From the NCBI GenBank assembly GCA_946965045.2, contig OX337229.1:3968001-4032000 (forward strand): DNA of 64,000 bases. The letters are read 5' to 3'. Shown piece by piece: positions 56,062 through 64,000 of the stretch (position 1 is the first letter of the stretch; each line of letters begins with the position of its first letter). Both the position numbers and the translations under genes were made by a program. Source of the DNA: Epithemia pelagica (lineage: Eukaryota > Protista > Bacillariophyta). The notes under the pieces were generated by a model. The model made no database searches, had not been told where the DNA came from, and worked only from the letters and a program-made list of their open reading frames with translations.

Positions 56062-59000
56062 ATGGAAGCGACACCTCCCAAGACACCGTTTACTCCTCCT
56101 GAGGACAAGTCAAGTCATATAACCAACCAAGATCTCTTCGACCATATAACTAAAGGCATCTTTGGTTGTAATGATGAACGAGCCCAATCACTTCAAAAGT
56201 GGATGCGACATCATGGTTTTGAACATATCCTTCATGTCCTCGACCATGTTGCAACTGATCCCGAGGAGACACTCAAGGATCTCATGCAATACAAAGTTGG
56301 AAAACAAGTCAACGACCTACAGACAAGTACAAGATTACAACTCAAACTAATGGCATATTGGTTACTACAACAACGGCAACTCCAACATGGAAAACTACCC
56401 CGTGCTACATGGATGAACCTCACGAGGGACCAATATGACAATTGGAGGATCAACACCGACTTTACCAAGTCTGGTATGAACCAAGACCCAGTTTCTCCTC
56501 TGAAATCACCTGCACACTCCGTATCATCCCGATCTCCCACTACATCCTCTACAACATCTCAATCCATGTTAGATCTCTCTGCTTTCAAGAAAGGAACCAA
56601 AAGAGATGCAACAGCTTTTGAATCATTCAAAGACGAACGATACTTTGATTCGTTTTGGCGTGTATTCAAATCAACTGCGAAAGCACAAGGATTGTCGAAT
56701 GTTCTTGATTTCGATTACAAGGTACCCAAGGATGACGAATGCGCAGAGTTACTTTTCCGAGAACAACAAGTCTTTGTCTATTCTGTACTTGTACGTATTA
56801 TCCAAACCGACCAAGGAAGAGCATATGTTCGAGAACATGAACATGATGAAGATGCAAGAGCCGTCTTGAAGAAACTCCATGTTCTACACACTGAATCTGA
56901 TCTAGCTAAGCGAGAAGTGTTACGCCTAACAAGCTACATTTCGAATCTTCGACTGGATGACTCTTGGCGTGGTACAACTTGTCAGTTTCTCCTACATTTT
57001 CAAGAACAGCTACGACTTCTGGATAACCTTGTACCACTGTCGGATCGTATCCATGACCATACAAGGATGACCTTCCTTATGCAAGCTGTTGAAAAGGTAC
57101 CTGATTTAAGACGAGTCAAGATCTTGGATAACGTTGCAACACAAAATCTGGAGCCAAGTCTCTCTGTTATCAATCATGTTTCCGCCTGCTTCTTGATGCT
57201 GCTTTTGACCATGACCAAGCTACCCAAACTTCTGCGTCTAACCGCCGTCGTCATGTTAAGCAACATGAATTTCAGTTGGATGAACCTTTTGAACCAGTGG
57301 AGCCCCCTGACTACCAGATCAACAACACGAATATCCAATCCGAAAAGTCCCCAACTTCGTCGAAAAAGAGATGTATGGTTTAAACTCTCTGAAGAGGATC
57401 GGCAAATCATTGTCGACTTCAATAAATCCGTCCAAGATTCCCCGACAACTCCACGCAGGGTCCAAACACATTCTCTTGACATTGATCCTGAACCGGACCC
57501 TGATCCTGATGCCAACAACATTGGTGATACCCATCAAGATGCACCAGAACAAGATCCATTCGATACATCCTCTGATCCGGTTACCCAGTTCGTACACCAG
57601 GCTATTGCATCGACAGATATCAATCATCCAGCATCTGACCTCAGCAACATCTTGTCAACTTCTACGACAAAGTCAAGTCCTAAAGTCAAGTTCAAGTCTT
57701 CTGCCGATCACAAGCAAAAGGTTCATATGTCACGATATCTATTCTCCCGCAAATCCACCTTTTCTGGTAATCAACTCATCGATCGAGGTGCCAATGGAGG
57801 CCTTGCAGGATCTGACATGCGTATCCTTGCCAAAACCGGACGTCATATTACCATCGTAGGTATTGACAATCATGAATTGACTGGCCTTCCAGTTGTTACC
57901 TGTGCTGCCAAGTTTGATACAAGTGATGGACCCATTATTGGTATCTTCAATGACTATGCCCACTATGGAAAGGGTTTATCTATCCATGCCCCAGCGCAAT
58001 TTGAACATTTCGGCCTATCTGTCGACAAACGATCCGTCAAGGTTGATGGTAAACAACGCATTACTACCCTTGATGGACGTGCATTGCCCTTACGAATCAA
58101 GGATGGCCTTGCATACATTCAATCTCTGGGAATACCTTCTGATGACGATATGGATAAATATCCGCATATTGTGTTCACTTCACCCCATATCTGGGATCCT
58201 TCTGTACTTGACCATACCCATCCAGACCCCCATCAAGACCCTGCACCGAACTGGACATCTGTGGAGACTGATGGTAGTATGGAAACGTACCCATATGACC
58301 AATATGGGGAGTATACCGATCGCGTTGTATGCACTTTGAATCTCCTCCTTGATCTCCCATATGATCATGGCCCCGATACACCTTCCTTCTTTTCCATCTA
58401 TGCTGATCAAGATGGCAACGACCCCACACTTCATGCGTCTGTCCACAAACTCTACAAGGAACAATACGACTGGAAGAAATTTCGCCCTTTCTTTGGGTGG
58501 CAATCGGAAGACGTAATCGCCGATACGTTCAAGCATACAACTCGTCATGGACACATTTCCTTTGACCAGGATACCTTGAAGAAACACTTTAAGGCCCGGA
58601 ATCCTATCCTTAACCTACCACGACGGCATGAACCCGTTGCCACTGACTCCATCTTCTCCGACACCCCGGCTGTTAACCATGGTGGCAAGATTGCTCAGAT
58701 TTTTGTTGGTCGTGATACTTTGGTTACTGACATTTATGGTATCAAGTCTACCAAGCAATTCGTCAATACCCTCCAGGATAACATTCGTATACGTGGTGTC
58801 ATGGAGACTTTGATCAGTGATGGTGGTTCGTCACTTATTTCCCACAAGGTCAAGGATATTCTTCGCACCCTTCTGATTGGTGAATACCGTTCCGAGCCCT
58901 ATCATCAACACCAGAACAAAGCTGAGAACCGCTACCAGACCGTTAAGCGTATGACCAATGCTATCATGAATGCCTCTGGTTGCCCTGCTTCTGCATGGTT

Positions 59001-61731
59001 ACTTTGTTTAGAATATGTGTGTGACCTCCTCAATCACACTTCCTCTCCCACCCACTCTGGCCGCACCCCTCTTGAGGCTCTTACCGGTACCCCACCCGAC
59101 ATTACCCATCTCTTTTTCTTTCCTTTCTGGGATGAGGTCTACTATCGTGTCGACCCTTCTGAACCTACCTCCGGTTCTTACCCTTCGTCTCCCGACGAGA
59201 AGATTGGCCACTGGGTTGGTTTTGCCCACAATGTTGGTGATGCCTTTACTTGGAAGATCCTCACTGCCGACAACGTCATCATCTACCGTTCCGCTGTCCG
59301 TTGCGTTGCCTCCACTACCCCCAACCTTCGTGTGGATCTCTCTTCAGGGGAGGAGTCGCCACATAAACCCACTGACAAGCAAGGTGACACTGTCTTTATT
59401 CGCAGCAGAAGTGAAGACCCATCCACACCTATGCCAACAATTGACTACGACGATTTAGTTGGACGCACATTCCTTTGTGACACTGAAGAGAATGGGGAGC
59501 GCCACCTAGCACGAGTAATCAAACGAGTTGTCGACCTGGAACAAGATGCAACCAAACAAAAAGATCGACTCAAATATATCTTTCGCAAGTCTAACTCCAA
59601 TGTTGATGAGATGATCTCCTACAACCAGCTCATGGAATACATTGAAAGGGATAATCAAGCCCAAACGACAGGGGATAGTCTCTTCCAATTCAGAGACGTT
59701 ATTGCACACCAAGGACCTTTGAACTCAAGCGACCCAGACTATAAAGGGAGTAAATATAATGTCCTTGTTGATTGGGAGACTGGGGAGACGACATATGAAC
59801 CTCTATCTCTTATTGCAAATGATGACCCCATCACAGTCGCCATCTATGCCAAGAAAAATGGTTTGCTGGATCTACCTGGATGGAAACATCTCAAGCGATA
59901 CGTCAAGACAAGCAAAAGACTCATTCGAGCAGCTAAACAATTCAGGATCAAACAAGTTCGTCGCTCTATCAAGTACAAGTTTGGTTTCCAAGTACCTCGC
60001 ACCTATGAAGAAGCAGTGGAACTAGACAAGCAATTTGGGAACACGAAATGGCAAGACGCAACAGAATTGGAACTCTCACAGATCCAATCGTATAACACTT
60101 TCAAGGACCATGGAAAAGCCAAGTTCATTAATGGGAAATTGGCCATGCACCAGAAGGATATCATAAGATAAGAGTACATCTGGTCTTTGATGTCAAGCAT
60201 GACGGAAGGTACAAGGCACGACTTGTCGCAGATGGACATCTCACCAAGGAACCTGTTGAGACCATCTATTCAGGGGTTGTCTCCATTAACAAACCTTCGC
60301 ATTGCCATATTTCTTGGAACCATGAACGACATGGAAATATGGGGAGCAGATATTGGGAACGCATACCTAGAAGCATTGACAGGAGAGAAGATTTTCATCA
60401 TTGCAGGACCAGAGTTCAAGGAGTTAGAAGGACATATCTTGATCATCTACAAGGCATTATATGGTCTCAAATCCTCAGGTGCTCGCTGGCATGACAAACT
60501 GTTTGATGTTCTCATTGATATGGGATTTTCTCCAAGCAAGGCTGACCCTGATATTTGGATGAAGAAGGCTCCTGGAGAAGACTGTTATGAATATATCGCT
60601 GTATATGTTGATGACTTAGCTATCGTTGCCATGGACCCTGAAGCTGTCTGCAAGATCTTTACAGAAAAATACAACTTCAAACTCAAAGGAGTCGGACCTA
60701 TCGAGTATCATTTGGGGTGTCGTTATACCAAAGATCCAGACGGTACACTTGTGTCTGACCCACGAAGGTACATCGAGAAGATGATGGATACCTATGAACG
60801 ATTGTTCAATGAGAAACCCAAGAAAGCAAAGCCGCCAGTCATTGCTAACGATCATCCTGAACTCAATGACTCTGAGCTCTTAGATGAAGAAGGGACCCAG
60901 CATTTCCAGACTCTTATTGGACAACTGCAATGGCTAATTACCATTGGCCGTTTTGATGTCTTTCCTGCTACCATGACTCTATCAAGGTTCAGAGCTGCTC
61001 CAAGGATTGGTCATTTGAAGTGAGCTAAACGCATCTATGGATACCTCATGTCATTTCCTGATGGGTCTATCAGATTCCGCACTGGGGAGCCAGATTTATC
61101 AGCTTTACCTATCCAAGAATACGATTGGAGTCGTACCGTATACATGGACGCCAAGGAACGTAACCCTGAGGACTGTCCAACCCCACTTGGGCGTTTTGTG
61201 ACAACTATACATTATGTCGACGCAAATCTCATGCATGATATGGTTACTGGGAAAGCAGTTACAGCCATCCTGCATTTTGTAAATGGTACACCCGTGGACT
61301 GGTACAGTAAGCGACAAGCCACAGTGGAAACAGCCACGTATGGATCTGAATTTGTTGCCGCAAGGACTGCAGTTGATCAGATCACGGAGCTACGCCTTAC
61401 ACTCCGATACTTGGGAGTCCCTCTGCGAGAGAAGAGATACATGTTTGGAGATAACCGCTCTGTCGTTATCAATAGCACCACACCACACTCAATCATCTCC
61501 AAGAGGCACCATCTCCTATCCTATCACCGAGTCCGTGAAGCTATCGCTGCAAAGTACGTCGCATTCTACTGGAAAGATGGAAAGACAAACCCAGCTGATA
61601 TCCTCAGTAAACATTGGGAATTCGCTGCAGTTTGGCCCATGCTCAGATCTTTGTTATTCTGGAGAGGAAAAATCCAGGAAAGTGATGAGGGAATTGACAA
61701 TCCTCATTCGACGAATTGTGGGGAGTGTTAG
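56062..61731 (+). pseudogene. gag-pol of B with several frameshifts and a nonsense codon
   Basis: Highly similar to A1 gag-pol. Compensating shifts at about 57137-57366, shifts near 60143 and 60290, TGA at 61021-61023. Confidence 0.9.
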
Positions 61732-62483
61732 GATTCTCACCGAAAACTAGGTGGCGAAATCTACAACTCATCGAATGATGCTAGTATTTTATGGCATCCG
61801 ATGACATTTTCCTAAAAGTGAGAAAAGAATGTCGGCATGCTCGCGAAACTATAAATTTGGCCACGGCATGCTCGCATTGCACGCGTTATCGGCGACCGCT
61901 CGGATATTAACTATGGCCCAACACGTGCGCGCCCAAAACTATCAAGTGCGCGCCTCTACTATCCGAGTACGCGCATCCACGATTCGACCTAACGGTCTAT
62001 GTAATCAAAGCACAAATCACGATCACGCGAGACCATATCTCTGTTCCCACAAATCCAAGAATGCAAACAGCAACGCGCCCAGGACAAGACTTATACCACG
62101 ACAAAGCAAGAGCTGTTGCATCCCATACATGTTATCCATCACCCTATACATTCAATATACACCAATGCCGGTCTACTCCAACCAGTGAGGACCTATCACA
62201 CCAGATCCATGGCCGTATACAAGAGCCAGGACTTCGGCACCATCAACCACCTTAGTAAGTAATCGTCTCACAATCATTAATATCACCATTTTAACACTCA
62301 TCTAAAGACTAACCTCTTATCAGTGGACCAACTGCCCCCACCCACGGCAGACTTCGACTTGCAACTCTTCTCTGACCCGTGGAGGATTGTTGTATCGGTT
62401 GGTGATTCGATTGTCGGCTCAGCGAGCCTTTTACCTATCCTACCTATCTGTCTAACCCCTGTTGAATCGAGAGAAGTTTATCA
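61726..62483 (+). repeat. 3' LTR of B
   Basis: Matches 45941-46698; followed by TSD TATAT. Confidence 0.95.
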
Positions 62484-62488
62484 TATAT

Positions 62489-63146
62489 CGACCTATATTT
62501 CTTCGCAAATCATGAAAAGTGAGAATAGATTGACGAACTCACTCTCAAGACTAAACTGGGTCGTGCGGTATTACAACGGACGTAAATTTGGCCGTTGCTC
62601 GGACATTATACTAACGCCCTAAGCGTACGCGCCCGAAATCATCGAGCGCGCCCAAGCGACATCCGAGCGCTGTCGGCATCTATCCGACCCAACGGTCTAA
62701 GTATCCCAAGCACGACACACGATCACGCGAGACCATATTTCCATTCCCACAATCTCCAAATTGTCAACAAGCTGCGCGCCATGATAACAACTATGCCAAT
62801 CCAAAGCAAGAGCTGTTGACCCTGTATATGTTATCCGTCCACATATACGTGTCATATACATCACATGAATCGACTCCAACTATTCCAAACCTGTTGCCGC
62901 CAAGAACCTATGACACATGACCCTTGGCAGGACCGAACATTTCACGTAGACCTATCGTAGTAATCAACACACAATCTAACAATATCACCATTTATCACAT
63001 CCTCTTTTGTGTCCCGACTATCCTTTTGATAGACTACGACTTGCTTTCCTCTCTTACCCGTGGAGAGGTTTGTATCGGTTGGTGACTACCTGATTGTCTG
63101 CTCTACCGAGCATCAATGTCCCTACGATTCAGAAAGAATTGTAACA
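62489..63146 (+). repeat. Remainder of the A2 5' LTR (with 45815-45940, about 784 bp)
   Basis: Reverse complement of the A1/A3 LTRs; ends GTAACA before the PBS at 63147-63160. Confidence 0.93.
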
Positions 63147-63182
63147 GATTAACAGTCTCAAAGCTTATTTCCTTGTGGTTTC

Positions 63183-63962
63183 ATGGATACTAACGAGCTT
63201 ATCATTCCTGTACGACAGATCTATCGAGCCAACCTGCATCCCGGGCAGCCCGATACCCTGGTGCAGCAGGAACTGGTGCCGACGCCGAAGGCAGCCAACA
63301 CATCGGTCAACATCTCCGTCGACAGTTCCAACAGCAACCCATTCGAGACTCCAACCCAGCCTCACGCTCCGATCCCTGCGCCGTTGCTTCGGCCCCCGAG
63401 TCCGCCTCGTCGGCTCGATCCTTCTCGATCCCGTCGTACCACCCGGTTGATTGCTGATCATATCAAGTACTTCCGTCAACCAACTTCTTCGACCTTCGAT
63501 CCCGAGATCATCCGTGGGGAGACCCAGATCGAACGCCAGTTCCAATCGGTGACCCACATCGTCGACCAAGAAGACATTGACCGTCTGAACGACCAACTTC
63601 ACCGTTCTCCGAGGCGTCGCCTCATCTTGGCCGCCCTCTCGGGCAACCCCATCCGTACTGTCCACCTCCGCTTCCTAACCTTCGAGCGCCCAACTGGATA
63701 CTACAATACCATCTACGTCGTGAACGCGACGACTTGCCCTCTGCCTCCTAACGTTGTACGCCTAGATAACTACGTTGCCTACATCCACGAGGTCCATACC
63801 ATCGAGGACCATCGTGCAACTAATTTCCCTTTGCGTACCGAGGTCGAGAACCACTTGGCTGAAGGTGATACCCCTTCTTCTGTTGCTTGTGCTGCCCCAT
63901 CTGAGCCTGGAAACGACTCTGATTATTCGGAAGAGAGTGGAGATTCGGAGACCGAAGCTTAA
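63183..63962 (+). CDS. ORF0 of A2 (259 aa)
   Basis: Intact; differs from A1 ORF0 at about 9 residues. Confidence 0.88.
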   Translation: MDTNELIIPVRQIYRANLHPGQPDTLVQQELVPTPKAANTSVNISVDSSNSNPFETPTQPHAPIPAPLLRPPSPPRRLDPSRSRRTTRLIADHIKYFRQPTSSTFDPEIIRGETQIERQFQSVTHIVDQEDIDRLNDQLHRSPRRRLILAALSGNPIRTVHLRFLTFERPTGYYNTIYVVNATTCPLPPNVVRLDNYVAYIHEVHTIEDHRATNFPLRTEVENHLAEGDTPSSVACAAPSEPGNDSDYSEESGDSETEA

Positions 63963-64000
63963 TTACTCATAGTTAACTCCCGTCCTCTCAAAACCTTTCC

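Larger units (their letters stand above)
45941..62483 (+). mobile_element. Copia family B element (relative of A), carrying nested A1
   Basis: 758-bp LTRs at 45941-46698 and 61726-62483 (4 substitutions found); TSD TATAT; PBS at 46699-46712; PPT GGGGAG before 61726. Confidence 0.96.
45815..64000 (+). mobile_element. Family-A copia copy A2 (runs off the window end); its 5' LTR is interrupted by element B
   Basis: LTR starts TGTTAGAATTC at 45815, resumes after B at 62484 and ends GTAACA at 63146; PBS and ORF0 follow. Confidence 0.93.

Noticed and set aside
1-64000. CRISPR array, rRNA or tRNA genes
   Set aside because: No regularly spaced repeat-spacer array and no cloverleaf or rRNA signature seen; the tRNA-like 14-mers are PBSs, not tRNA genes.

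Overview
Eukaryotic nuclear DNA, most likely from a diatom (plastid-type bipartite signal on RF3, short GT-AG introns, CoDi-like Ty1/copia elements). About 64% of the window is transposon DNA in three nests. (1) 1-9784: a family-A copia copy inserted into a degenerate copia (C), whose 3' LTR holds a complete TTAA piggyBac with a second, convergent gene. (2) 21302-34125: a copia (D) with non-TG..CA ends and a membrane-segment insert in its polyprotein; it splits a host gene and carries a complete pogo-like DNA transposon. (3) 45815-64000: triple nesting A2 > B > A1, each inner element bounded by an exact 5-bp TSD. Host genes between the nests include prfC, homoserine kinase, rplI, a Trx-Grx-Grx glutaredoxin, a RING E3, a PPX1/Prune phosphoesterase, phytochelatin synthase and several unknown proteins. 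Best leads: (a) families A and B both carry a conserved ~250-aa extra ORF (ORF0) between PBS and gag, a PBS matching the anticodon arm of tRNA-Asn, and a conserved 3x ACATCCGGGT spacer; (b) the piggyBac's second gene resembles the P2X7 'ballast' domain; (c) element D has 5'-AGT...AGT-3' termini and an ~880-aa insert with hydrophobic segments. Family and domain assignments come from motif recognition and hand alignment only; no database searches were run.
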